A DNA stretch of 64,000 nucleotides from the human T2T-CHM13v2.0 reference genome, Homo sapiens, in the NCBI RefSeq assembly GCF_009914755.1, contig NC_060927.1. The stretch is one strand, 5' to 3'. The notes below the pieces were generated by a model that was not told the DNA's origin, did not search any database, and saw nothing but the letters and a program-made list of their open reading frames with translations. Both the position numbers and the translations under genes were made by a program. Numbering within the stretch: position 1 is the stretch's first letter; each line of letters begins with the position of its first letter. This document shows positions 1 to 18,105 of the stretch, piece by piece.

Positions 1-665
1 AAACCAAAATTATCATAGACACATCATTTTGAAATGTCAGTGCTTCAAAGACAAAGGGAAAATTCTAAATGTTTCGAGGGCAAAGAATGCAGGAATGTTG
101 ATCATGGAGGATAAGTCAGCTTACAACAGAATGAGAGTCAGACTGAGTAGTCCATTAGACTTTTTATAAGCAAGATTAGAAACTAAACTATGATGAAATA
201 AAGGCTTCAATGTTCTGAGGGAAAATGATTTTGAAATTAGAATTTTGTTTTCAGCCACACAATCAAAGTATGTGGTAAAAATAAAGTCACTTTTCAGATA
301 AGCAAGAACCCAGAAAGTTTACCTCCCTAGTAACTCTTCCAAGGAAATTATCTTGTACTTCAACAAAACAAAAATGACAACCAGAAGGAGCAAGATGTGG
401 GATACAAGAAACTCTGGAACTAACTCTCAAAAGTCTAATGACAAGAAATCCCAGGATGATAACTGCAGCAAGTCTAAAAAGCAGCCAAGTCTATTGAGAA
501 GAGGAGATCAATTAACTTCCAGAAGAATGAAGCTAAGCAATAGAATGATGAGCAAGTGGCAAATATTCAGTATATAGTGCAGATTGAATATGTTTCTTTT
601 ATGGGTAAGAAAAAAATAAAAGCATTCAAGACCTCTCAGAAAAATAGAAATAAGATAATTACCTG
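1..665 (+). mobile_element. Ancient L1M/HAL1-like ORF1 remnant; host element continuing at ~1359-1393, ~2453-2863 and ~5409-5700
   Basis: A-rich degenerate L1 ORF1-like sequence (agacacatcattttgaaa...aaagacaaagggaaaattctaa; aatgttctgagggaaaatgattt). Confidence 0.55.
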
Positions 666-667
666 TA

Positions 668-1356
668 CAGATTCTCCTTGACTCACGATGGGGTTATGTC
701 CCAATAAACCCATCATGAATTAAAAATATTGTCAGTTGAAAATGTATTTAATACACCTAACCTGCTGAATATCATTGCCTAGCCTACCTTAAATGTGTTC
801 AGAACACTTACATTAGCCTACAGTTGGGCAAAAGTCATCTAACACAAAGCTTATTTTACAATAAAATGTTGAATATCTCATGTAATGTATTGAACACTAT
901 ACTGAAAATGAAAAACAAAATGGTTGTATGGGTACTCACCATTAACACACACAGCTGAAAGCACACTGGACCTAAAGAATATTTGAACTAAAATTAACTG
1001 CTGGATTATGGGGCTACTAGTGTAACAGGGTCATCCATTTCTCTCTCTTCTGATGAGTCTCAAGAATAGCTGGTAGAAGCCACTGCGGTATTAACACTCG
1101 TTGATGGCTTAGCAGGCATGGTGTTCTGTAGAAAGCTATCAGTTGTTTACCCTCCTAATCCTATAACTGACTGGGACCTGCAGCTCACTCCCACTGCCCA
1201 GCATCACAGGAAGTATTGTACCACATATTGCTACCCTGGGAAAAGCTTTTGAAATAAAAAATTTGAAATATGGTTTCTACTGAATGCATACTACCTTCAC
1301 ACCATTGTGAAGTCAAAAAATCGTAGGTTGAACCATTATAAGTTGGAGACCGTCTC
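668..1356. mobile_element. TcMar-Tigger non-autonomous DNA transposon (MER47/Tigger5 family)
   Basis: Ends cagattctccttgactcacgatggggtt and aaccattataagttggagaccgtctc (imperfect TIRs), TA on both sides (666-667, 1357-1358); matches recalled MER47 consensus. Confidence 0.8.
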
Positions 1357-1393
1357 TATGTCATGGTTAAAATATAAAACAAATTAAAATGTG

Positions 1394-2452
1394 ATAAAAT
1401 AACCAGTTATAACTATCAGATGTTTTTTGTAAGCCTCATGGTAACCACAAGGCAAAAACCTATAGTAATACAAAAATAAAAATAAAAAAGCAAAGAACCA
1501 AACCATACCACTAGAGAAAATCACTTGACCACAAAGGAAGATAGCAAGAAAGGAAGAAAGGAACAAAGGATCTACAAAACAACTAGAAAACAACAAAATT
1601 GCAGTAGTAAGTCCTTACTTATCAATAATTATCTTAAATGTAAATGGATTAAACTCTCCAATCAAAAGACATGGAGTGGTTAAATGGATTTAAAAAAAAA
1701 AAAACAAAAAACAAGACCTAACTATATGCTGCTTATAAGAGACTCACTTCACCTGTAAGGACACACATAAAATGAAAGCAAAGGGATGAAAAAAATTCTA
1801 TGCAAATGGAAACCAACACAGAGCAGGAGTAGACTTTAAGTCAAAAATAGACTTTAAGTCAAAAACTGTAAAAACAGACGAAGATCATTATACAATGATA
1901 AAGGGATCAGTTCAGCAAGAGGACATAACAATTGTAAATATATATGCACCCAACACCAGAGAAACTAAATATATAAAGCAAATATTAATAGATCTTATGA
2001 GAGAGATAGATTGCAGTACATTAATATTAGGGAATTTCAGTACCCCACTTTCTGCAATGGACAGATCATCCAGACAGAAAATCAATAAGGAAACATCAGA
2101 CTTAAACTACACTCTAGAATAAATACGTCTAACAGACATATACACAACAGTCCATCCAACAGCGACAGAATACACATTCTTCTCAACTGCACATGGAACA
2201 CTCTCCAGGATGGATCACATAGTAGGCCACAAAATAAATCTTAATAAATTTAGCCTTGAAATATCAAGTATCTTTTCTGACCACAATGGTATAAAACTTG
2301 AAATAATTAACAGGAGGAACTTCAGAAAATTCACAAATACGTGGAAATTAAATAACATGGTCCTGAATGACCATTGGGTTAATGAAATAATTCAAAGGGA
2401 AATTTAAGAATTTCTTAAGACAAATGAAAATGGAAACACAGCATACAAAAAC
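1394..2452 (+). mobile_element. L1M internal fragment (inter-ORF region plus ORF2 endonuclease domain), truncated at both ends
   Basis: ORFs 1895-2122 (IVNIYAPN) and 2210-2407 (FSDHNGIKLEI) are L1 EN sequence; flanked by ttaaaatgtg direct repeats. Confidence 0.9.
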
Positions 2453-2936
2453 TTAAAATGTGGTAGGATTTTGAGTAAGTAGAAGAGTATAAAGAAGAAT
2501 GTTGATCCTAGAAATATTCTATCTGAAGTAGAAGTTGAATATTCCTGGACTTTAACTTTGCAACTGTAGAGGAGGATGTATAATCATGACACTTGTCTTG
2601 GCTCAACTGTGAGCAATAATCATGAACCATAATAAAATTAGCACTATTTATTGGTTTTCAATATTTATAATTAAGCCAAAATCAGAGCTATGGTGATAGC
2701 ATAAAATGCAAATGTCATTAAACTTGATTATATAAAGGTAAAAGTAGAATAAGATAAGTTTTCTTAATATCTTAATCTTTTAAATTGATGAGTCAAGAGA
2801 TTGCAAAACTTGATGAAACAGGAAATCACTGTTGGCTTAAAATTGCAGAGGTCATCAGTAGAGCAACACTTCCTAAAGTGTGATTCCTGAACCAGCAGCA
2901 TCAACCTCTCTTGGGATTTTGTGAGAAATGAAAATT

Positions 2937-4965
<2,029 letters not shown>

Positions 4966-5009
4966 GAAAATTCTTGGGCCCACCCCAGACCCACTGAATC
5001 AGAAGCTGA

Positions 5010-5396
<387 letters not shown>

Positions 5397-7453
5397 TGAG
5401 AACTGATACAGTAGAGGAGTTAAACTAGTAATTTGCCCATCAAAATTATGGAGGTGAAGGAGTGGGGATCGTTATGTGAGATAAATTCCTGTCTATCATG
5501 GAAGGAATTTAGTAAAATAATGTCTAGATCTGATAAATCAACGAGTAGTAGTATCAGCATGTTTTCTAGAGATATGGAAATAATCATCAAAAGAAACATA
5601 AACGGACGTGGGTAATAATGAGTAATAATGGTTGCCCCTGGAGAGGAGGACTCAGTATGGCGAGGTATGTGGCAGGGGGTTATTATTTTTCTAACCATGT
5701 GATTCTTTGGTTGAAATTAAAATAAAAGAAAAAATTGTTCTTAGATTGGGAAGATTGTCCAGGAGCCTGAGAGAAGTTCTGGGAGAGCAGTTCTTTCTTA
5801 TTGTCCTTTTCCTGATTATGGGGAAAAAAAAAAAAAAAAAAAGATAATCTTCCAGATGTTGGCTCAGTTTGAGGAGGAGGAAAGATTCTGAGAGTGAGGC
5901 CCACTGCAGGAAGCAGAGCTGATCTTTAACCTGTGTATATATACACAACAGTTTGACACAGAGCATCTCACCTCTTTCATAGGAAGGAATAAATTCATCA
6001 GAACTCTCTAGGTCATGTTGCCAGATAACATTAGGGTTCCACTACTTTAAATGCCTTGATCTCTTCACTGAGCCCATGTTGGTACCCAGGACTATACAGA
6101 AGGGTGGATCAAATCATGATGACCTTTTAGAGTTGGGGTCTGCCCCCACTGATGGCCTAATTAAAGTGGAATCGCTGCACAGACTGTGTGTGTAACATGG
6201 AGATAGTGACCAGTACATGTTAAGTACAGGCTTACTGATTAATCTGAGGCTTTTTGCTATGAGTTAGGAATGTGCAGGACAGGCAGGAGACCAAGCCTTC
6301 CCTCTATAGGGTACATAGTCCTGGGAGAAGACGGGTTCCAGGATAGGGCTTTGGCACTAGGCTCTGGTGAGTGAATAGTGGGATTGCTGCTAATGCTGAG
6401 ATTGGATTGGGATTCTGGGCGCTCTGGGGACGGTGGAGCTTGAATGCTACAAGCCTCCGTACATACAGCCTGATGGGCACACATTGCACCTTCAAAATTT
6501 AAGGAAAGCAAAGACCTGCATCTGTCTCATCAGAAAGGGAGGCATATTTGATAGCAGGAAAAAGACAACCTTTTTTTCATTAACCAGAGGAGTATTTTAA
6601 AAGACTATAAAGCTGGAAGCAATTCAATTGTGTGTCTACTTTATGTAAGACCTCGATGAAAAAATAAATCATTGCTGCCTTCATTGGAGTCACAGACAGT
6701 CCAGGAATAATTTACAAAGTGAGATTTAGATTAGTGTGTAAGAATTTCACTGCAGAGGCCACTTCTGGCTGAGGAGAAGATGTTCTATGGAGAAAGGGAG
6801 AATTGGCCAGAGCCTTAAAGGTGGAGTAGGATTTGGGTCCTCAGGGAATGGAGGGGCTGATGGATGCTAAAGGTCTCTCACGTGGCTGAATATCTAGTGA
6901 GGGAAAGGGGAGAGGCCATCTGGACTGGAGATTCAGTCATGCAGTCTGAAGCCACTTGTTCACTGGCTGAGGAGTTGGATGTGATTCTACGGTGGACAGA
7001 CCATGGCATATTTTGCAGTTTGGGGAGATCGTAGATGTGCCTCAGGGAGATTGGTGTGCCTGGGTATGGGGAGGCCAGTTAAGAAAGAGCTTGTTGCAGG
7101 GGCCTTTGCAGGTGAGTCCCTGGGGAGTCTGTGTGATACCCCCCAGAGAGTTGACTCCTAATTAATTGCTAGTTGGTCTCAGCTGCTGAAACAGAGGGTA
7201 TGGAACTAAATGAAACAATCATGGGAAGTCCTGGCTGGTCCGTGTGCTGGGAAGGGAGCAATGCTGTCCTTGGACTGGTCACCTGAAGGTCCTTTATCCC
7301 TCCTCCTCAGCTGAGCATACCAATGGTGATGACAGAGGCCCTGTCTTCAATCCCTGTACACAGAATAGCGCTCTGAAAATTATAACTCTTCTCACGCTTC
7401 ATCAGCAGGCCCCCAAAGAGACCTGGCTACAGCAGGGCTTCCAGGTCTTTCAC

Positions 7454-8054
7454 TGCGGTAGGCAGAATGGCCCCCCAAAGATGTCCATGCCCTAATTTCT
7501 GGAGCCTGTGATTTGGATACGTTACATGGCAAAAGGGACTTTGCAGTTGTAATTAAGGTGATGGACTTCCAAATGGGGAGAGGAGCCTGGATTTTCCAGG
7601 TGGGTCCAATCTAGTCACACGAGCCCTTAATAGCAGCAAACTTCCTCCAGCTGGAGGTGGGAGGAATGAGGCGGAATAGGAGGTCAGAGAGACTTGAAGC
7701 ATGCCTTTGCTGATGTTGAAGATGGAGTATGTGATGTGACGAGAATGTGGACAACCTTAAGGGGCTGGGAGAGGCTTCCAGGTGACTGTCTGCAAGGAAA
7801 CGGGGCCTCAGTCCTACAACCACACAGAACCAGGTGCTTCCAAAAACCCGAACAAAGCTGGAAGTGGATTCTCCCCCAGGGCCTCTAGATAATCGTCCAG
7901 ACCAGCTGACACCTTGATTTCGGCCTGTAGAACCTGGAGCAGACCCAGACAACCCACCGACCTCTGACTTACAGAACTGTGAGATAATAGATTTGTGTTA
8001 TTTTGAGCAGCTGAACTCCGGTAACTTATTACTGCAGCAATAGAAAATAATAGA
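7454..8054 (+). mobile_element. MaLR solo LTR (MLT1D/E family)
   Basis: Starts tgcggtaggcagaatggccccccaaagatgtcc, ends gcagcaatagaaaataataga. Confidence 0.85.
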
Positions 8055-8164
8055 CACACAATACAGCCCACACCTCCAGAACCCCGGGGCTTCTTTCCTC
8101 CCTGGGCTCTCTGGGGAAGGAGCACAGGCTGTGCAGTGAGATCAGGGCCCTGGCCCAGAGCACT

Positions 8165-8290
8165 CACCCTTTAGAGCCTGTTTCCTCACCTGTCACTGGG
8201 GGTGCCATCGGCTGCTCTGCCTGCCTCTGGGTGGTGGTGGGATTACATGAGGGAAATGTGAGAAGCCCGGAAATGATGAGGCAGCACTGG
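8165..8290 (+). mobile_element. MIR fragment
   Basis: gagcctgtttcctcacctgt...gggattacatgag resembles the MIR core. Confidence 0.5.
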
Positions 8291-8489
8291 ATCCTGCTGT
8301 TCCCTTCCTGGGAAGCCGGCTTCCTGGTGTTGTGAGGAGAGGATGAGGCCGTCATGGGAGCAGGTCTGACCTGGGCTCTGAGGAAGCAGGTGCTCTGCTG
8401 CCTTTCCACATCCTTTCCTCTGAGGGGGGTCCCGTCTCTGCAGGCCCGTGGGTGGGCTCCCCGGTGGGACGCAATGGCACCATCTTAGG

Positions 8490-8745
8490 CAGGAGTCCCC
8501 AACTCCTGGATCAGTACCAGTCCGGCCACACAGCATGAGGTGGGCAGCGGGCCAGCGAGTGTTACCGCCTGAGCGCCCCTCCTGTCAGATGAGCAGAGGC
8601 ATTAGATTCTCACAGGAACATGAACCCTACACATGTGAGGGATCTAGATTGTGCCGAAACCATCCCGCCCCCTCCACCGCCCGTTCATGGAAAAATTATC
8701 TTTCACAAAACTGGTCCCTGGTGCCATAAAGGTTGGAGAACACTG
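8490..8745. mobile_element. MER1B (hAT-Charlie)
   Basis: caggagtccccaac...aaggttggagaacactg TIRs; gcattagattctca core; near 8-bp TSD atcttagg / gtctaagg. Confidence 0.85.
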
Positions 8746-8924
8746 GTCTAAGGGTTCTGGCAGGCTCTCAGATGAACCTCTCTGGATCTTTAGGGTGTCT
8801 GGCCCTCACGTGTCAGGCCCAAAGATGCCTGTTAGTCTGTCGCAGAGGGAGAAGATCTGGGGAGGACCCATATAACCAGAACTCGGGAGCCAGCCGCACC
8901 ACCATGAGCCCAGATAGCATGAGT

Positions 8925-9810
<886 letters not shown>

Positions 9811-11661
9811 AGAGCCCTTCTGGAAGAACACAAGGCTAGTTCCTTTGGCAAAAATTGGGCATCATATCAGAGCTTCTTCACTAGCAGATTCAGCAGAGCT
9901 ATAAAATTAAAAGAAATGTGTTCTGTAATCCCTCTGGGAATTCCCCACGGGCAAGAGAGCATGATGTGTGATTTGCAGTGACATATCTATACCACGGTAT
10001 GTTTGTAGTGACTACTTTTCAAAAGACAAGATGGAGGATATACAGCTGGTGAAAGAAAAGGTGTCGGCTTTGTTGAGAAGTCTTACTTTGTTGTCTTTCA
10101 AGTGAAAAGTGAGCTATTTTAGTCTAATGGTAATTTTTAACTATGTTGAAGCCATACACTTTGGGTCTCCATTGTGCTGGAAATCGTCACTACAGCTCCT
10201 CCCACCCCACACCCCTCAATGCATGCATATAGGAATATAGCTCATGCTATGGAAATCCACTGTTTGCACAGCCTGGACATTAGGTAATAGTTTCCCGGCT
10301 GAGGTGCCCAGCTGGCTTAACATGCCATTATTTACAGCTCTAAGGTTTATTTTCATTATTATATTTAAACGTCTCTGCAGAAGGAATGGAAGGCTAAGAG
10401 GGTGGGAGAGTAGAAGAGGAGAGGGAGAAGAGTCACTCCAGACGTCAGAACCAGACAGGCTCCTGAGACCGTGCAAACTGGGGGATTTCAGATTGCACAC
10501 TTGGAGTCAGGGCAGCAGTTTGGCTCAGCAGGAGGGGAAAGGGGTGTTAGAGGAAAAGGCTCCTGCCCTCCAATGTTGTTTGACCCAGATCAACCCTACT
10601 CTTATGGGTATCAGCTTCTGGGTAAATACTCTTTTCAAAGAGGGCACCATGGCAGAACACATGTGAAAACCATCTAGTTTGAAGTATGTGTGAGAAAAAC
10701 AACTAATTCACCCTTCTCACTGACCAGTGGAGAAGTCTGGCCTTATCTGTCTGTCTCAGGCTTCTTCTCCAAGGTTAACCCCAACGGGAAAGGAGAGGGG
10801 ACTCATCAAAGGTTAGACCATGTCCTGAAGTGACCTGTTGAATTTGCAAAACTTCTTTTTCAGTGTTATGTTTTATTTTTGCAATTTGTGGGGGGAAAAT
10901 GCATTCTAGGCTTCTGAAACCCTTTTTAGAAGAAAATCATGGTTTCCTCAAACTCTTCAAGCTTATTGAGTTTTCTTCTGTATTATCCTGTCCTATTGAA
11001 AACCTTGTGCAAAAGTATGTGTGGGGTGAGAGGTGTTTAAACACACCCGGTGGACAGTGTCTGGCTGGGGAGGAAACGTTAGCCTCTCTTTTCTTATCTT
11101 ATGAGATAATTTAGGAAATCAAGTACAAGGCCCTTGCTGTGTGCACTTATACCTGGAGCCTTATTTAGGGGATGTTCTTGCAGATAGATGGGGAGAAGTC
11201 TTGCTGGGATCCTCTCTGGTTTTAAGGCATTTTTTTTCTCACTCCCAGTTGCCTGCCCATGTCTGGTTTAGCAGCTTTTAGAAACGTGGCTGGCATCCTT
11301 TTTTCTTTTCTCTGACAGCACCAGCCCCTTTATTTGAACTTCCTAGCTGTTTTCTGCCTCTTCTGACTAATTAACAGCAACTAAAAAAGAAAAATGAAAC
11401 ATAGAACACAAAAAATTCCAGGGTGAAAAAGGAGAATTTCTAGTCCTGGGGTGCAAAAGTCCCTAGAAGAGAGTTTTGAGCTGAAATGAAAAGTTGTGAT
11501 TATAGAGAGACATGAAATGTGTCCCATAAAAGGCCACCTAGTCCCAGGCAGATCCAGGAAGAGCACTGGGCTGGGAGTCCCATGGGGCCAGGGCCTCACC
11601 AAGCAGTCAGCCCTGCTCAGTTATCACAGGGGTTGAACTGGATTGCCTAAATGATGCCTTT

Positions 11662-11965
11662 AGATGGATGGAACTGGAGTCCATTATCTTAAGTGAAACA
11701 ACTCAGACACAGAAAGACAAATACCACATGTTCTCGTTTATAAGTGGGAGCTAAATAATGTGTCCACATAGAAGCAGATTGTGGGATGATGGACAGTGGA
11801 GGGGTGGGGAAGTTGGAGCTGGGTGGATGATGGGAGGTTGCTTGTTGGGTGCAATGTGCATTGGCCCAGTGATGGATGCACCAAAGGCCCTGACTTTGCC
11901 ATGACAGAATATATCAATGTGGCAAAACTGCACTTGTATCCCATGAATATATACCATGTTTTTAA
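11662..11965 (+). mobile_element. Short L1 3'-end insertion (L1PB4/L1MA-type)
   Basis: ggatggaactggagtccattatcttaagtgaaa...aaaactgcacttgtatcc; TSD aaatgatgccttt (11649-11661) / aaatgttgccttt (11966-11978). Confidence 0.88.
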
Positions 11966-12658
11966 AAATGTTGCCTTTGGGCAGAGGGGATAATTCTGCA
12001 AACTGCAGAGCCATGGAGTAAAAAAAACACCCAAGATAGCAGAACTTGTCATTTCTAGTTTTTCCACAGGACCATAAAGCAAAATTGGTGCCGGGTTTGT
12101 ATTTAAAGGGAAACCAAGAGGGTTTTTTTATCCTTCCATGGTTTCAAAATCTGGAAGGACAATTTGTACAGACCCTGAGATAGAAGGATTCCTCAGCTTT
12201 AATTTCATGAACGATTTGCCTTTCATTGATTCTTGAGGATATGAATGTTTTAGAAAGCAACAGTGTATGCCTTGATTTTAAGAGGCAATGAGCCTTTTCC
12301 TTCCTTCGTTTAGGCATGGGGCTGAATGGAGCTGAAATTCCTGCACTCTTATAACGTGCCACATGAAGGGCAGTTTTGGATTCTGGGAAAACAGCCCATT
12401 GAAACAGAATTGGGAGGGAGAAACCTCTTACACTCAGGTCATGGTATTTATATGAATACAAAAAAAAATTTAAATACTGTGCTAGGTGCTGGGGGTTATA
12501 AACATGAATTACATGATTAGGGCCTCTGGAAACTTGTGTGGGGCTATAGAAGGAACACCAGTTCAGAAATGTCACTCCTGTCATCCAGACAGGATGCTTC
12601 ACCATAGGGGCAGAGACCTTCTGCTAAGTCATACCGCATATCAAGAAATATATTGCTA

Positions 12659-12943
12659 GGCCAGGCACGGTGGCTCACGCGTGTAATCCCAGCAGTTTGG
12701 GAGGCTGAGACGGGCAGATCACTTGAGATCAGGAATTAGAGACCAGCCTGGCAACATGGGGAAACCCCATCTCTACTAAAAACACAAAAATTAGCGGGGC
12801 ATGGTGGTACGTGCCTGTAATCCTAGCTACTCAGGAGGCTGAGGCACGAGACTTGAACCCAGGAGGTAGAGGTTGCAGTTAGCCAAGATCGTGCCACTGC
12901 ACTCCAGCTTGGGCGACAGAACAAGACTCATCTCAAAAAAAAA
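12659..12943 (+). mobile_element. AluS
   Basis: ggccaggcacggtggctcacg...catctcaaaaaaaaaa. Confidence 0.95.
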
Positions 12944-13501
12944 ATGCATTGATCAAATCAGCTTAAAAATAGCCTTCTTGTTTGCTCTTCTTGGTGTGGG
13001 ATTATTCAGTCCAATTCTTCTACTTTTTTTAGGCCTCAGCATGGGATTTGGTTGTCATATCAACCCTATAAACAGTGTTGAATCCATGTCAATAATTGTA
13101 TTTTTTAAAAGCAAATATCACCAAGTCCAAGAAACTGATCCTCCTCTGAACATGATAGCTGGACTAGGCTAAGAATCCTATTTCCTGTTAGATCAGAAGT
13201 GAAGATTTTCTGGTACAGATTTGGGTGGGAGAAATGAGCTACCCTTCCCAAGGCCTTAGCACCTAGATGACATCCTCTCTGAAGTCACCCTCAGCCAGGA
13301 GCGGACACTGAGCTGCTATTTCTGAATCACATGTCCCCAAAGCTGCCCTGGCCTTGGTGACCATGGCACTGTAAGAGAAGCACAGCCAGCCCCAGCGTCC
13401 TTACTCTGACTCAGAGGAAAATGCAACTTGAGCTGGATTCATTGAAATCTTTTTTTTCCTGGCCTGAAGGAAATGAAGAAACATAGCCAAATATTCTAAA
13501 A

Positions 13502-13716
13502 CAGGATTCAACAAACAGCCCATAGGCCAAATCCACCACTGCCTGTTTTTGTAAATAAAGTTTTATTGGAACACATCTATGCCCATTCCCTTATGTATTA
13601 TCTATGGCTGCTTTTGCTCTACAACAGCAGAGTTGAGTAGTGTGACTGAGACCGTATAGCCTACAAGCCCAAAACATATACTGTCTCACCCTTTTCAGAA
13701 AAAGTTGCCAGCCTTG
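13502..13716. mobile_element. MER58A (hAT-Charlie)
   Basis: gcctgtttttgtaaataaagttttattggaacac core; perfect 8-bp TSD ttctaaaa at 13494-13501 and 13717-13724. Confidence 0.9.
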
Positions 13717-14711
13717 TTCTAAAAGAAGTAGAGTAAGGATTTAGTGAGAAGCTGGAGAAAATATTTTCAAAGACAACTGTATTCTCCAGGGAAACCTGAG
13801 ATGAAGACCAAGGTGAGGAAGAAGCCAGCAGAGAAATCGAGTCCATGAGGCTGAGGAGGCCACTGGATGTCCAGTCTTCAGCTCTCTGAAGCCTGAGACA
13901 GGAAACAGTTGTCTCCCGAGAGAAAGGTTTGAACCTCCTTTAACTAGGGAGGAATAAGAGATGATGGCTTCTTAGATCTGTTTACATTTGCTGGAAAAAC
14001 TTCTTCCAGGGAAATAACTAGACAGGGCTTTGACCAACTAGCAGGTGAAGTCTGGAGGGAGGTGGAAGAGACTGCTTCCAAGCTGGGTTCCGATTTGTCT
14101 GATTGAAGCAGCCAAGCTTGTGTTTGCCAGAGGACTTAGGAGGATGTGGATAAAATCAGGCTGAGGCCTTTTTTTAAAGGCCCAAGCTGGAGCTATTGGG
14201 ATTGTTCCCTCAGAGGAAAATCAGGAGTTTGGGCCATTGGCTTCATGGAGAACCTGTACTTTGTACCAAGGAGAAGTCATTTCTACTTGGTTTTTGAAAC
14301 TGCATTGTCATCTAGTATTCCAAGGCTTTAGTCTGTCCACCCTCCTGCTCCAGAGAGATGCCTTTCAGTTCCTTAGGAAACAAATTGGCCATTTGCCCAA
14401 AGAGACTAATCCAGGACTAGAACACAGGCACTGAGTTTCAACCTCAGGCTCCCCAGTGCGTGACTCAGGTCTCTTGATTCCATGGTGTATTGTTTTTTTA
14501 CCTATTAAACAATTGCATTCCTAGCCTATGGAAGGTCTTACCTAAGCCAAGACTTTGGCAGGGATTGGATTGTGCAGCCCATTTTTGTTAATAGCATTGC
14601 CCAAGTTAGGGAAGGCCATTAGGTTGGCTGAGTATTCTGGTATTCTATTGCTGCATAACAAACTCTGAAATTTAGTAGCTTAAAATAACATTTATTTTGT
14701 TCATGAATTTG

Positions 14712-15664
14712 ATTTCATTGTTTTTTAATGTATGTAAGGTATATAAAATGATGTTTTGATGTACATTTACATAGTGAAATGGCTACTATGGTCAAGCAAA
14801 TGAACATATCCATTGCCTAACATAGTTTTTTTTTTTTTTTTTTGATAGTAAGAGCACTTGGAATCTACTTTATTGTCAAATTTCCAGTATATAATACAAT
14901 ATTGTCAACATAGTCATCACGCTATACATTCAATCTCTAAATTTTTTCATGCTACCTAACCAAAACTTTGTACCTTTGACCAACATCTCCCCATTCCCTA
15001 CTCCCTACCCCCTCCCCGACCCCTGGTAACTATCAGAGTTTCACTTTCTGGTTCTGTGTATTTAACTTGTTTAGATTCCGCAATAAGTGAGATCATACAA
15101 TATTTTTCTTTCTTTTTGTGACTTGTTTCACTTAGCATAATGTCCTCCAGTTTCATCCATGTTATCAAAAATGGCAGGATCTCCTTTTTAAAGGCTGAAT
15201 AATATTCCATTGTATGTTTATATATGTGTATATATATATGTGTGTGTGTGTAGTATATATACATATATACACACCACAATTTCTTTATCCATTCACCTGT
15301 TGACAAACACTTAGGTTGATTCCATGTCTTAGCTGTTGTGAATAATGCTGCAATGAACATGGAAATGCAAATATTTCTATGAGGTACTGATTTCATTCTC
15401 TTTGAGTATATACCCAGAAGAGGAATTGCAGGGTCATATAGTAGTTCTATTTTTATTTTTTTTGAGGAACCTCCATACTTTTTTCATAATGGCTGTACCA
15501 ATTTACATTCCTACCAACAATGTATAAGGGTTCCCTTTTCTCCATGCCCTCACTAACACTTTTTATCTCTTGTCGTTTTTATAGTAGCCATCCTAACTGT
15601 TGTGAGGTGATATTTCATTGTGACTTCGATTTGAATTTCCCTGATGATTAGTGATGTGGATATT
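14712..15664 (-). mobile_element. L1MA (about MA8/9) 3' end; non-inverted arm of an inverted L1
   Basis: Minus ORF 14998-15396 (MFIAALFTTAKTWNQPKC); L1MA-type 3'UTR. Confidence 0.9.
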
Positions 15665-17298
<1,634 letters not shown>

Positions 17299-17803
17299 TG
17301 TTTGTGAATTCATTTGTGAATTTGCAATTTGGCAGAGCTTGATCAACACAGCTCTCTGTTCCATATAATGTCTATCAGCTGGGGCAACTCAATGGGATTG
17401 GAGGACATCTCTGAGGTTTTCACTGTCATGGTGACTCACGTAGCCTGCAAGTTGATGTGGCAGTCAGTGTCTCCTGTGAGCCTCTGCATGGACAGCTTGT
17501 GTTTCTTGCAGAGTGGCTAAATTCTAAGAACAAATGCCCCAAGAAAATTAGGAGGAAGCTCTATTGCTTTTTATGACCTAGTCTCAGAAGTCACATAGTG
17601 TCACTTCCACTGTAGCCAAAAGTCCACCCAGATTCCAGGTAAGGGAGCATTAGACCCCACCTCTCTATGGGAGTAGTTTCAAAGTCACATTGTAAGGAGT
17701 GCCATCATCGAGATATTGTTGCATTGATTTTTGGAAAATAATTTACCTGCACAGAGGTAAATTCACATCAATTCTTTGTCTCCTTATTTCACCATCCATT
17801 AAT

Positions 17804-18105
17804 GTTTGTTTGTTTGTTTGTTTTGAGATGGAGTTTTGTTCTTATTGCCCAGGCTGGAGTGCAATGGTTGGTCTCGGCTCACTGCACCCTCTCTCTCCTG
17901 GGTTCAAGCAATTCTCCTGCCTCAGCCTCCCAAGTAGCTGGGATTACAGGCACCCACCACCACACCCGGCTAATTTTTGCATTTTTAGTAGAGACAGGGT
18001 TTCACCAAGTTGGCCAGGCTGGTCTCAAACTCCTGACTTCAGGTGATCACCCGCCTCAGCCTCCCAAAGTGCTGGGATTACAGGTGTGAGCCACCATGCC
18101 TGGCC
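17804..18105 (-). mobile_element. AluS (Sq-like)
   Basis: Dimeric Alu with (TTTG)n tail; TSD caccatccattaat. Confidence 0.95.
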
